From the NCBI GenBank assembly GCA_021815445.1, contig JAKAGM010000001.1, positions 67,447 to 131,446 on the forward strand: a DNA stretch of 64,000 nucleotides, in the 5' to 3' direction. The notes beneath the pieces were generated by a model. It did not search any database, was not told the DNA's origin, and worked only from the letters and a program-made list of their open reading frames with translations. The number at the start of each line of letters is the position of its first letter. The stretch's first letter is position 1. This document shows positions 7,985 through 17,124 of this stretch, one piece after another. This DNA comes from a bacterium (lineage in GTDB: Bacteria; Patescibacteriota; Patescibacteriia; UBA10025). The position numbers and the translations under genes are program-made.

Positions 7985-10753
7985 ATGGCCCAACCAGCGC
8001 CACAATCATATGTCCTGCTGACCTGCCCTGTCTGTTCCGGGAGCGGGCGAGAGGGCGGCAGGCGCTGTACCCGCTGCCAGGGAAAAGGAGAGGTTGCATG
8101 GCTCTCGGGAGAATATGTGTATTGGGGGCACGCGATAGACAGGCTCAGCATTCTCGAGGAAAAGATGGAGCGCATAGTCAAAGGCCTGATCAACGGCCTT
8201 CTCCTTGCTTTTGGCATTGCGGGGATTGTATTCGCTTTTTTAACTCTCGCTGTTTCCTTGAAAGCCGGTCATCTTCCGTGGCAGTTTCTCGCAGAGAGGA
8301 ACGGCTATATGGCTTTTTTTGCCTTAAGCCTCTTGACGGATCTGTATGCGTATTCACGGATAGACCGCGAATCGACAATGCGCCACTCAGTCAGGCGACG
8401 ATCGTATGAACTCGACGCCACGCTCGAGGAGCCCGATGCGCTGTTTACCCGCTGGGTAGACTCGCCGAAAGAGAACTCAGCTGATGCATCCGTCGCTTAC
8501 ACTCCGCAAGCTATCGCTGCGCTTGAACAGTCCTGGATTTTTGCCCAACGGATCAGACAGCAGACAGTCCACCCTCTCCATCTTTTTGGCACGCTCCTGT
8601 CGCATACGGACGTACGCGTGCTTCTGGGCCGTCTCGGCGTGGATACGCGAATCCTGGCTGAAAAGATAGCCCGTGAAATAGAGCGCTTGGAATTCGGATC
8701 ATCCACGGATACTGATCTGTCTCCAGGCATAAAGACGATTCTCCTCGCAGCGTACCGGGAGGCGTTTATGACGCGCAGGGAACGGGTTGATATTCTCCAG
8801 ATGCTTATTGCCGTAGTCGAGGCGGGGGGAGCTCCGCAGGAGATACTCTATGACATGGAAGTCGAACTCCAGCAAATTCGCAATGTCGCTGAATGGATAC
8901 TGATGCACAGGATAAGGATGGAGCGTAAAAGGACCTGGCAACGCCGGGCGGGCCACAAACCAAAAGGACCCGTCAACCGTGCGTACACGTCACTGGCCAC
9001 TCCATTGCTTGATCGTTTCAGCCATGACCTCACCCATTTGGCAGTTACCGGCTCGCTCCCGCTCTCTGTCGGCCGCGAAAAGGAGCTCGACGAGATTTTT
9101 CGAATCATTGAAGGGGGAAAAGGCAACCCTCTCCTTGTCGGCAATCCGGGCGTGGGCAAGGAAAGCATTCTCGAAAACATCGCGTCGCTCATGGCATCAG
9201 AAGAAGTCCCGGAGATTCTCCAGGACAAGCGTCTCATCTCGCTTTCCGTCGCCTCGCTCGTCGGCAGTTCCGGCCGCCAGGGCGAGCTCGAGGGGAGACT
9301 GATCCAGCTTGTCAATGAAATTGTCCGTGCAGGCAACATCGTCCTGGTGGTGGATAACCTCCAAAATATGGTCGGGGTGTCCACCGAAGGCGCGCAAAAC
9401 CTTGATATTGCCGATATTTTTGCCCAAGCGCTCGAAAAGCAGCTTTTGATCGCACTCGGCACGACGACCCCGCAGGACTATCGCAGGTATATCGAGACTT
9501 CGGGAAGTCTCATGAGAGTTTTCCAGCGCGTGGCTGTGGAAGAACCGGATGAAAATGAAACAATAAAAATTCTTGAAAGCAAAGTCGGATTTGTCGAATA
9601 CAAAAACGGCGTTATGTTTTCTTACAAAGCTCTGGAGCAGATAGTCCGCCTCGCGGGGCGCTATCTCCATGACAGGTTTCAGCCGGAAAAATCAATAGCT
9701 ATCATGGAAGAAGTCGGAGTGCACGTTAGAAAGAGGAAGGGCAAAAACGCTTTAGTGACAGCCGATGATGTCGCCGAAGTGGTTTCCTCGCGAACAAATG
9801 TTCCCGTGACCCGCGTGACGGAAAAAGAAAGCGAGAAGCTCCTCCATCTCGAACAGCGCATCCATCAACGCGTCATCGGGCAGGACGAAGCCGTCATTGC
9901 GGTATCGACGGCGCTCCGTCGCGCTCGGGCCGAGCTCCGCGATATCAAGCGTCCTATCGCCAACCTGCTTTTCCTCGGTCCGACGGGCGTCGGGAAAACA
10001 GAATTGGCAAAAACTGTCGCCGACGTGTATTTCGGGTCTGAGAACACGATGATCCGTCTCGATATGTCCGAGTACCAGGAACAATCGAGCATTAATCGGC
10101 TCATCGGAGCTCCTCCGGGGTACCGCGGAGAAACTGAGGGCGGGTTCCTGACCGAGAGCATCCGCGCGAACCCGTTTTCCCTCCTGCTCCTTGATGAGCT
10201 TGAAAAAGCCCACCCCGACATTCTTAACGTATTTTTGCAGGTCATGGATGACGGACGGCTCACCGATGCGACGGGGAGGACGGTTGACTTTACCAACACG
10301 ATCATCATAGCCACATCTAACGCGGGATCAGTCCGGATCCAGGAGGGTATCAAGTCGGGGCTCACTATCGAGCAAATAAAAGTTTCACTGGTCAATGAAG
10401 AGCTTAACCAGTATTTCAGGCCCGAATTCCTCAACAGATTCGACAGTGTGATAGTCTTCAGGCCCCTTACTTTTGACGAGATAGTGAAGATAGTCAGCCT
10501 GATGCTTGCCCAGGTCGCCGTCCGCCTCTCAGCAAAGGGCATTGCACTCCAGGCCTCCCCGGAAGCGATACAGGAATTAGCGCGCGTCGGATTTGATCCC
10601 GTCTTTGGCGCACGGCCGCTTCGCAGGGCTATCCAAGAGCGGGTGGATAATGCCCTCGCAAGCTATCTCCTGCAAGGAAAATTAGGCAGGCGGGATGTCG
10701 CTGTTCTCGAACCGGGCGGACAGATCCGGGTCGAGCGGGCGCGGGAGTTATAA
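7985..10753 (+). CDS. membrane-anchored ClpA/B/C-family AAA+ ATPase with N-terminal DnaJ-type zinc finger; D1 module degenerate
   Basis: 922 aa. CPVCSGSG/CTRCQGKG (CxxCxGxG x2); two TM helices; two Clp_N-like repeats. D1 has Walker A GNPGVGKES (not GKT) and Walker B VLVVDNLQN (catalytic Glu replaced by Asn). D2 is canonical (GPTGVGKTELAK, LLLLDELEKAHPD, sensor-2 GARPLRR). No long M-domain. Confidence 0.75.
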   Translation: MAQPAPQSYVLLTCPVCSGSGREGGRRCTRCQGKGEVAWLSGEYVYWGHAIDRLSILEEKMERIVKGLINGLLLAFGIAGIVFAFLTLAVSLKAGHLPWQFLAERNGYMAFFALSLLTDLYAYSRIDRESTMRHSVRRRSYELDATLEEPDALFTRWVDSPKENSADASVAYTPQAIAALEQSWIFAQRIRQQTVHPLHLFGTLLSHTDVRVLLGRLGVDTRILAEKIAREIERLEFGSSTDTDLSPGIKTILLAAYREAFMTRRERVDILQMLIAVVEAGGAPQEILYDMEVELQQIRNVAEWILMHRIRMERKRTWQRRAGHKPKGPVNRAYTSLATPLLDRFSHDLTHLAVTGSLPLSVGREKELDEIFRIIEGGKGNPLLVGNPGVGKESILENIASLMASEEVPEILQDKRLISLSVASLVGSSGRQGELEGRLIQLVNEIVRAGNIVLVVDNLQNMVGVSTEGAQNLDIADIFAQALEKQLLIALGTTTPQDYRRYIETSGSLMRVFQRVAVEEPDENETIKILESKVGFVEYKNGVMFSYKALEQIVRLAGRYLHDRFQPEKSIAIMEEVGVHVRKRKGKNALVTADDVAEVVSSRTNVPVTRVTEKESEKLLHLEQRIHQRVIGQDEAVIAVSTALRRARAELRDIKRPIANLLFLGPTGVGKTELAKTVADVYFGSENTMIRLDMSEYQEQSSINRLIGAPPGYRGETEGGFLTESIRANPFSLLLLDELEKAHPDILNVFLQVMDDGRLTDATGRTVDFTNTIIIATSNAGSVRIQEGIKSGLTIEQIKVSLVNEELNQYFRPEFLNRFDSVIVFRPLTFDEIVKIVSLMLAQVAVRLSAKGIALQASPEAIQELARVGFDPVFGARPLRRAIQERVDNALASYLLQGKLGRRDVAVLEPGGQIRVERAREL

Positions 10754-10820
10754 CTTTCACATAACACAAAAACCCCGCAAGGAGGATAAGGGTGTGTTTT
10801 GGGGTGGAGCCGAGGGAACC

Positions 10821-11207
10821 CTAAAGCGTGCTGGTGATTCCCGAGTAGACAAAGACGACAATAGCCCATGAAAGCAGCACAACCATAAGGCCGACCACCG
10901 CCCATTTGATGATCTCTTTTCCCTTTGTCACGCGCTGTTCATTGCCTGAGGAGGTCATCCACATAAAACCGCCCATGATGATCATCGCGACGGCGACAAG
11001 ACCGAGGAATCCGAGTGCGTATTGGATGATATTAATGGCAAGACTCCGGGCGTCGGTACTGGGTAAATTAAGGGTTTTTTGGTAATTGCTGCCGGGGTCG
11101 AACTCAATGGCCTCACTTGGCGCCAGCATGGCAAAAGTGAGGACAAAAAGGATGGCAAGACTCAACGCGATACTGATAATGTGAAAGTGTTTTTCCGGCC
11201 GTGGCAT
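10821..11207 (-). CDS. small secreted/membrane protein resembling TrbC/VirB2-type (T4SS pilin-like) proteins common in Patescibacteria
   Basis: signal-peptide-like N-terminus then two hydrophobic helices (...NIIQYALGFLGLVAVAMIIMGGFMWMTSSGNEQRVTKGKEIIKWAVVGLMVVLLSWAIVVF...); start ATG 11207 or TTG 11243. Confidence 0.5.
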   Translation of the reverse strand: MPRPEKHFHIISIALSLAILFVLTFAMLAPSEAIEFDPGSNYQKTLNLPSTDARSLAINIIQYALGFLGLVAVAMIIMGGFMWMTSSGNEQRVTKGKEIIKWAVVGLMVVLLSWAIVVFVYSGITSTL

Positions 11208-11345
11208 AGCTCTAGTATAAAGAAGGAAGCCGCCAATGGTCAATAGGTTCAGAAAGACAGGTTATATGCTGTTACGCGGCTTGACATTATGGCCGAGAAG
11301 GTATACGTTCCCGTGAAGACAGTACATTTCTGCCTGGAGGGAAAT

Positions 11346-11525
11346 ATGCGCATTGTCATCATATCTCTCGTGCCTGTATGTTCGGTCGTAGCTCTTCTTG
11401 CGCCTTATCACGAGACATTTGTGGCTTTCGCGATCGTTATTTTCATATTCGCTGGTATGGCCAATACCAAGCCACGAAATAGTGCTTTTTTCAGTTCGCT
11501 GTTCCGATCCATTTTCAGTCGATAG
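11346..11525 (+). CDS. possible small membrane protein (59 aa, 2 TM)
   Basis: GGAGGG RBS 5 nt before the ATG at 11346; TTGACA promoter-like at ~11271; terminator at 11614-11640 downstream; hydrophobic product. Confidence 0.3.
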   Translation: MRIVIISLVPVCSVVALLAPYHETFVAFAIVIFIFAGMANTKPRNSAFFSSLFRSIFSR

Positions 11526-11613
11526 GGGTGCATTCGACGAAACTGATGAATGCTGCCACTCAGCCTCCTTAGTCCACTCGCCGATGCAACTTCGGTTCGG
11601 GCCCGCACAAAAA

Positions 11614-11640
11614 TCCCCAACGTATGTTGGGATTTTTTAT
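11614..11640 (+). terminator. rho-independent terminator (TCCCCAAC-gtat-GTTGGGA + T6)
   Basis: stem-loop followed by TTTTTTAT. Confidence 0.5.
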
Positions 11641-11653
11641 ATTGTGGAAATAT

Positions 11654-11675
11654 CAGTGTGTTAACACATTGGTAC
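11654..11675 (+). repeat. copy 1 of palindromic motif CAGTGTGTTAACACATTGGTAC (core TGTGTTAACACA)
   Basis: 12-bp perfect palindrome core; 20/22 identical to the site at 13680-13701; intergenic, ~60 bp upstream of the putative promoter of the 11774 gene. Confidence 0.5.
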
Positions 11676-11773
11676 ATATTATTTCCTATTCATTCCCAGT
11701 TGACGCCCCTGAGACCGGGTGCTAGGATTCCCTGAAGTTGTTCTTTCCACAATGCAAACAAAGGGAGCATACC

Positions 11774-12985
11774 ATGCATAAACGTATCGGCGGTGGCACG
11801 ATCGAAACTATCACTATCTCAGTCGATGGGAGACTTCAGCAGGTACCCGCGCGCGTCGGCCTTTTTGGGACCGGGATCTGCGTCATCCATGACGGTCCCC
11901 GAAACCTTGGTGTCCCATATTGGGAAAACCAGCTCGTCCATGAACTTCGTGAGGGAGGTGAAGAGGATCTCGCAGTTTTGTATACGCCTGACAACCTGGT
12001 CTATCAACGGATTCAATCGGTCTTTTCCGGGGTACGCCAGGCGCTGCGCATACTCGACGGCAACTACGGAGTTTCATTTGCTGCGGGGATGAAAGGGAGG
12101 CTGGTCGGGGCTGTCGCCACATTGAGAATGATCAATAGCGCGGCGACAGGACTGTGGACGACGACTATCGAAACTCAGATCGAAGGATTTCACAAACTGG
12201 TCGAAAGGCTCATCGGGCAGATCGGCACCCGGCCGACTGACTACCGGAAGCGGGAGGTATTAAAGATCGCCGAGGCGATCTCAGACGGGAAAGACAGCAC
12301 CGGCAGAGTCAACCAGACTGTCGTCATGGCCAAGTCTGTCGCCGGAATGAACCGCGTCGAATCAGTCATTGACGGCATCCTCAGTATCGAGCCAGTCATA
12401 GTCGCGCGGCAGCGTGCGTTCATCAACATGCTTCATCTTGCGGAGGGCGTCACGATTGGTGCAAGGGAATTTCTCGAAAAGCTCTTTGCGATGGAGAATG
12501 CTGCCATCTCGTCTGCCAAGCCCCAGATCGATTCAGCGCTTGGTTTCTACATTCAGGAGTTCACCGAGATGGACTTCTCGCCATATTTCCGGACTTTCTA
12601 CATGTGCGCCCGCGAATTCGGTGATGCGCAGAAGCACCTTCGGGAGGATCGCGTTGATGAAGCGCTTGCTGTGCTTCGCCAAAGCCTCGAGTCGCTCAAA
12701 ATCAGGGTTGTGCGAACCGATGTCGAACGCCTCCTCCTGGTGATCGAGCTTCACAGGATCAATCCTCGGGAACATAAGGTGGATATCCGCCATATTCACA
12801 GTACGCTTGGCGACGCGGTGAAGACACTGAGTGCCGTGAATGAAAGCGGTTTTGCCCTTCCGGTTACCGAAGAAGCGGTCAGGTCCCTTTCGTACGCACG
12901 AGAGCTTATAGCTACGGCGAACTCAGTGAGTTCGCTCAACGCGGAATTCGATCATACGGTTCGCGAGGGCATCAAACTTCTCTAA
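11774..12985 (+). CDS. hypothetical protein (403 aa, soluble, no recognised domain)
   Basis: ATG with AAGGGAG RBS; the ORF-track TTG start at 11738 is less likely; terminator follows. Confidence 0.55.
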   Translation: MHKRIGGGTIETITISVDGRLQQVPARVGLFGTGICVIHDGPRNLGVPYWENQLVHELREGGEEDLAVLYTPDNLVYQRIQSVFSGVRQALRILDGNYGVSFAAGMKGRLVGAVATLRMINSAATGLWTTTIETQIEGFHKLVERLIGQIGTRPTDYRKREVLKIAEAISDGKDSTGRVNQTVVMAKSVAGMNRVESVIDGILSIEPVIVARQRAFINMLHLAEGVTIGAREFLEKLFAMENAAISSAKPQIDSALGFYIQEFTEMDFSPYFRTFYMCAREFGDAQKHLREDRVDEALAVLRQSLESLKIRVVRTDVERLLLVIELHRINPREHKVDIRHIHSTLGDAVKTLSAVNESGFALPVTEEAVRSLSYARELIATANSVSSLNAEFDHTVREGIKLL

Positions 12986-13001
12986 TGTACATTCAAGTAG
13001 T

Positions 13002-13025
13002 AACTCCCTTCGGGGAGTTTTTTTA
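13002..13025 (+). terminator. rho-independent terminator (AACTCCC-ttcg-GGGAGTT + T8)
   Basis: perfect stem with GNRA-like loop and T-run 17 nt after the stop. Confidence 0.65.
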
Positions 13026-13101
13026 TTCATGATGTATGAATTGATGAGAACACCAAAACATTTTTTTCCTCATCTTGACACTTATAATAAGGAGAAATAA
13101 G

Positions 13102-13176
13102 ATGCTATTAATGCAGTTCTTTTCTATTTCGATCTCTATGTCAGCTGATTCCATTCAATCTTCGATAACCCTTTGA
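13102..13176 (+). CDS. possible 24-aa leader peptide/uORF (MLLMQFFSISISMSADSIQSSITL)
   Basis: strong AAGGAG RBS 8 nt upstream, TATAAT box at 13084-13089, located in the 5' region of the 13207 membrane-protein gene; speculative. Confidence 0.2.
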   Translation: MLLMQFFSISISMSADSIQSSITL

Positions 13177-13206
13177 TGGTACTGTCATGAAAAGGAGGAT
13201 CCGTGT

Positions 13207-13578
13207 ATGGATAGAGTAAGAAAGTCATTACTGGTGTCGGCAGTGGGCTTAATTGTGCTTGTCGGTGCGCTTGTGATCAAGAACCAGCCCGCGCCTCGCG
13301 CACTTGTGTGGGCGGGGACCATCTATCCGGTGATCACCGGGCTTATCACCCTGCTCTTTGCCAGGTATGAGCGCATGAGGGCAATGGCTTTCGTGGTGCT
13401 AGCTGGCGGCGCAGTGATGATGATCTGTGCGGCTACCCGAATGCAGGGTGAGTGGCAGTACTCAACCCTTGCGGTCGAAATTGTCGTTATGTCAATCGTG
13501 ACGTGGGCGATTCCGACTCAGGTCGTCGTACCCCGGTGGTCTGAGAATCTGCCGGATAGTCTCGACCATTGCTTCTAG
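13207..13578 (+). CDS. integral membrane protein (4 TM), hypothetical
   Basis: GGAGGA RBS; 123 aa hydrophobic. Confidence 0.5.
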   Translation: MDRVRKSLLVSAVGLIVLVGALVIKNQPAPRALVWAGTIYPVITGLITLLFARYERMRAMAFVVLAGGAVMMICAATRMQGEWQYSTLAVEIVVMSIVTWAIPTQVVVPRWSENLPDSLDHCF

Positions 13579-13592
13579 CCCCCGTGATCAAC

Positions 13593-13619
13593 AATCGGAT
13601 CTTTCTCCCGATTTTTTCT
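13593..13619 (+). terminator. rho-independent terminator (AATCGG-9 nt-CCGATT + T6)
   Basis: stem-loop plus TTTTTTCTT after the stop at 13578. Confidence 0.5.
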
Positions 13620-13675
13620 TCAGGCGCAGCTTGAATGAAGGTTGGGAGTTTTTTTAATTTGTAGAGTACCAATGT

Positions 13676-13701
13676 GTTAACACACTGGTACGTCTCATTT
13701 T
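13676..13701 (+). repeat. copy 2 of palindromic motif: GTACCAATGTGTTAACACACTGGTAC (26-bp near-perfect palindrome) followed by a T8 run
   Basis: same TGTGTTAACACA core as 11654-11675 with GTACCA/TGGTAC arms; intergenic. Confidence 0.55.
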
Positions 13702-13852
13702 TTTTACGGCATCGGCTGTTTATAGTCCACCGTACCCAAGTAGTATTGACATAACAACTTTCATATAATAAGGTTGGTGAACAAAATATCGCACATCGTC
13801 AATTTACGTACGACAAGATAACCAGTTGAATGTACAGGAAGGAGTATAAAGG

Positions 13853-14323
13853 ATGCAGAATCCGGAAATTGTTGTTGATGAGAAGGTAAGCAAGATTACC
13901 ATCCACCGTGTAGCTGACCGTCTCGGAATCGCCGCGGAGCTGTTCGGACGTCTGGGCGAGGAGGGACTGTGCGTCGGCATTATGACAGTCGGTGACATAA
14001 TCGATAGTCACACGGACATATCGATTATCGTGGCCGCGGATATCGCCGACAGTACGATGAAGGCGCTGGAAAGCATGCGTGAGGAGCTTGGAGCTTCCAC
14101 GGTCACTCGCAGCAACGACGCTGTGGCTATAAGCGTGCTTACCAAAAGCATGCATCAACCCGGTTTTGCGGGCCGTGTTTTTCGCGCGCTTACTGCCGCA
14201 AACGTCAGAATCGACATGATCACGGCGATGAAAGAAGGCATGACCTGCGTCATTGACGAACGATTTCAGGATACAGCTCTTGAGGCGCTCAGATTGGAGT
14301 TCCCGGAGGCAAAAGAATCCTGA
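13853..14323 (+). CDS. tandem ACT-domain protein (aspartate-kinase regulatory-domain-like)
   Basis: 156 aa; two ACT-like repeats (...ITIHRVADRLGIAAELFGRLGEEGL...; ...ISVLTKSMHQPGFAGRVFRALTAANVRIDMI...); AAGGAG RBS. Confidence 0.55.
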   Translation: MQNPEIVVDEKVSKITIHRVADRLGIAAELFGRLGEEGLCVGIMTVGDIIDSHTDISIIVAADIADSTMKALESMREELGASTVTRSNDAVAISVLTKSMHQPGFAGRVFRALTAANVRIDMITAMKEGMTCVIDERFQDTALEALRLEFPEAKES

Positions 14324-14357
14324 TTGCGCCAGATCTCGACGGTGTTAAAATCGTTCT

Positions 14358-14390
14358 CCGCCCCCTCATTATGAGTGCGGGCTTTTTTTT
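14358..14390 (+). terminator. rho-independent terminator (GC-rich stem + T8)
   Basis: CCGCCCCCTCATTATGAGTGCGGGC followed by TTTTTTTT. Confidence 0.55.
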
Positions 14391-14443
14391 GTGTAAGTGC
14401 GTTTGTAAGGATTAGCAAAAATCAGTATACTAAATGCATTCAT

Positions 14444-15838
14444 ATGCCAGAAACCACTATCATGGACAAGTTAATTTCCCTCTGCAAACGGAGAGGTTTC
14501 ATTTTCCCATCAGGTGAAATGTACGGCGGATTGCAGGGGTTCTGGGACTTCGGCCCTTTGGGGGTAGAGTTAAAAAACAACATCAAGCGCTCATGGTGGA
14601 AACGGTTTGTGCAGGAACGTGGAGACATAGTCGGCCAGGACGCGGCGATTATTACAAACCCAAAAGTATGGGAAAAGAGTGGTCATGTCGCAGGATTTCA
14701 TGACGCGTTAGTTGAATGTAAGAAATGTCATAAAAGATTTCGTAAGGAAGATTTTGATTCTATAAGTCAGTTCGATCATTACAAGAATGATATAAAAAGT
14801 AGGAAAAGTTTTTTATCGCAAATGAAATGTCCCTATTGTTTGGCTGAAGTACAAATAGGGAAAATTTTTACAGAACCTAAGAGCTTTAATCTAATGTTCA
14901 AGACGTTCGTTGGTCCGACAGAGGATACTGCCAGCGAGACGTATTTGCGCCCTGAAACGGCCCAGAATATTTTCGTTAACTTTGATACGGTGCGCCAGTC
15001 CATGCGGTTAAAGGTTCCTTTCGGAATTGGACAGATAGGTAAAGCATTCCGGAATGAAATAACCCCCGGCAATTTTATCTTCCGCTCGCGCGAATTCGAG
15101 CAAATGGAGATTGAATACTTTGTAAATCCGAAGGATGACGAAAAGTGGTTCAAAACGTGGGTTGATGCGAGCTACCAGTGGTTTACCGATTTAGGGCTCA
15201 AGAAAGAAAATCTGAGATTTTTTGAGCAGCCGAAAAAGGAGCTTGCCCACTATTCAAAAGCGACGACCGATATTGAATACAAGTTCCCGTTTGACAAAGG
15301 TTGGGCAGAGCTGATGGGTATTGCAAACAGGACTGATTACGATTTGAAAGCACATGGCCTGACGTACCGTGATGAAGTCTCCAAAGATGAGTTTGTGCCG
15401 TACGTCATTGAGCCGTCTGCGGGAGTAGACCGCGCGGCGCTGGCATTCCTACTGGATGCATACCATGAGGTTGAGGGCGGGCGGTCAACAACGACTGAAA
15501 GCAATAAGGAACAGGAAACCGTTCTCCGTCTGCACAAGGATTTGTCACCCGTAAAAGTTGCCGTTCTGCCGCTCTCGAAAAAGCAACAACTATCATCGGT
15601 GGCCCAGGGACTAGCCGAACAGCTTCGCAAAAAATTCACGACAGCGTATGACGAGGTGTCGTCCATCGGGCGCAGGTATCGCCGGCAGGATGAGATAGGC
15701 ACGCCGTATTGCGTTACAGTGGATTTTGACTCTTTGGAAGATAAAAAGGTCACGGTTCGTGATAGAGATACGATGAAACAGGATAGGGTTGCTACAGGGG
15801 AGCTAGTCGAATATCTAAGTGAAAAGTTGAACATATGA
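14444..15838 (+). CDS. glyQS: glycine--tRNA ligase, alpha2 (class II, eukaryote/archaea-like) type
   Basis: ...LCKRRGFIFPSGEMYGGLQGFWDFGPLG...; the ORF-track GTG start at 14375 lies in the upstream terminator, so the ATG at 14444 (or 14462) is chosen. Confidence 0.85.
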   Translation: MPETTIMDKLISLCKRRGFIFPSGEMYGGLQGFWDFGPLGVELKNNIKRSWWKRFVQERGDIVGQDAAIITNPKVWEKSGHVAGFHDALVECKKCHKRFRKEDFDSISQFDHYKNDIKSRKSFLSQMKCPYCLAEVQIGKIFTEPKSFNLMFKTFVGPTEDTASETYLRPETAQNIFVNFDTVRQSMRLKVPFGIGQIGKAFRNEITPGNFIFRSREFEQMEIEYFVNPKDDEKWFKTWVDASYQWFTDLGLKKENLRFFEQPKKELAHYSKATTDIEYKFPFDKGWAELMGIANRTDYDLKAHGLTYRDEVSKDEFVPYVIEPSAGVDRAALAFLLDAYHEVEGGRSTTTESNKEQETVLRLHKDLSPVKVAVLPLSKKQQLSSVAQGLAEQLRKKFTTAYDEVSSIGRRYRRQDEIGTPYCVTVDFDSLEDKKVTVRDRDTMKQDRVATGELVEYLSEKLNI

Positions 15839-17106
15839 TTGTCAAAAGAACGAAGTTATCCAATGGGATGAAGGTGCTTTTTGTGCCCCTGCATGACACC
15901 GAGGCGGCGACGGCGTTGCTGCTGGTGAAAGTCGGATCGAGATATGAAACCAGGAAACTCAATGGCGTCTCTCATTTTATTGAACATCTGATGTTTAAAG
16001 GTACGGTGAAACGTCCGACGACGCTGGAAATCTCTCGGGAACTGGACGGCGTCGGCGCTGAGTATAACGCGTTCACGTCCAAAGACCATACCGGTTACTA
16101 CATCAAGCTCAGCTCAGAAAAGCTTGAGCTCGCACTCGACATTCTCTCCGACATGGTATTCCAGTCGACGTTTGATCCCAAGGAAATCGAACGAGAGCGG
16201 GGAGTGATTGTCGAGGAGATCAATATGTACGAGGACAACCCGATGATGTATACCGAAGACCTATTCGAGGAGACGGTCTTTGGCGACACGCCTCTCGGAT
16301 GGAAAATAGCCGGTCCGAGGGAAAATATCCGCTCTACAACCCGCGACGATATTCTGACTCTCCGCGACGCCTACCATGTGCCGTCGAATATGATCCTGGT
16401 GATTGCCGGTCGGTTGCCTGCAAATATCGCTTCTATGTCAAAAAAATATTTCAGCGTGCCAAAGATGAAAAAGCGCGGCAAACCGTTTGTACGGTACGGT
16501 CTCAGTCAGCATGCACCCCGTGCCGCTGTTCATTACAAGGACACTCATCAGGTGCAGATTGCGCTGGGGGTTCCGGCGTACTCGTATTATGATCCTCGAG
16601 TATATGCGCTCACTCTTCTTAGCGTCATCCTCGGCGGCAACATGAGTTCGCGGTTATTTATCTCAATCCGCGAACGGCAAGGGTTGTGTTACTTTATTCG
16701 CTCGACGGCGAACACGTATGAGGACGCGGGGACGTTTATGATCCAGGCGGGGATAGAGCGAAAGCGGATTAAGCATGCGATTACAGCGATTATTCAAGAA
16801 CTGTCGCTTATGAAGAAAAAAGGCGTAACTTCTGACGAGCTTGCGAAAGCAAAAGAGTTTTTGCGCGGAAAACTTATTTTGAGCCTTGAAGATTCGGAAA
16901 ATATCGCTTCGTGGGTCGGCAAACAACTGCTTTTCCGCAACACGGTCCTGAGCCCCGAACAGCAGCTCAAAAAAATCCAGCGCGTAACGGCAAAGCAAGT
17001 GCAAGTAGTTGCCCGGCAGCTTTTTACCGGCACTCGTCTGAACCTCGCCCTCATAGGCCCGTACCGGAAACCGGCCGAGTTCCGAAGACTTTTACGAATG
17101 TCCTAG
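15835..17106 (+). CDS. M16-family (pitrilysin/insulinase-like) zinc peptidase
   Basis: inverted zinc motif HFIEHLMFKGT (HxxEH); start overlaps the glyQS stop (ATGA). Confidence 0.8.
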   Translation: MIVKRTKLSNGMKVLFVPLHDTEAATALLLVKVGSRYETRKLNGVSHFIEHLMFKGTVKRPTTLEISRELDGVGAEYNAFTSKDHTGYYIKLSSEKLELALDILSDMVFQSTFDPKEIERERGVIVEEINMYEDNPMMYTEDLFEETVFGDTPLGWKIAGPRENIRSTTRDDILTLRDAYHVPSNMILVIAGRLPANIASMSKKYFSVPKMKKRGKPFVRYGLSQHAPRAAVHYKDTHQVQIALGVPAYSYYDPRVYALTLLSVILGGNMSSRLFISIRERQGLCYFIRSTANTYEDAGTFMIQAGIERKRIKHAITAIIQELSLMKKKGVTSDELAKAKEFLRGKLILSLEDSENIASWVGKQLLFRNTVLSPEQQLKKIQRVTAKQVQVVARQLFTGTRLNLALIGPYRKPAEFRRLLRMS

Positions 17107-17124
17107 CCGGTATATACTAGCTCT

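Noticed and set aside
14375-14443. ORF-track GTG start at 14375 for glyQS
   Set aside because: It lies within the GC stem plus T8 terminator of the upstream gene. The ATG at 14444 (or 14462) fits the GlyRS N-terminus
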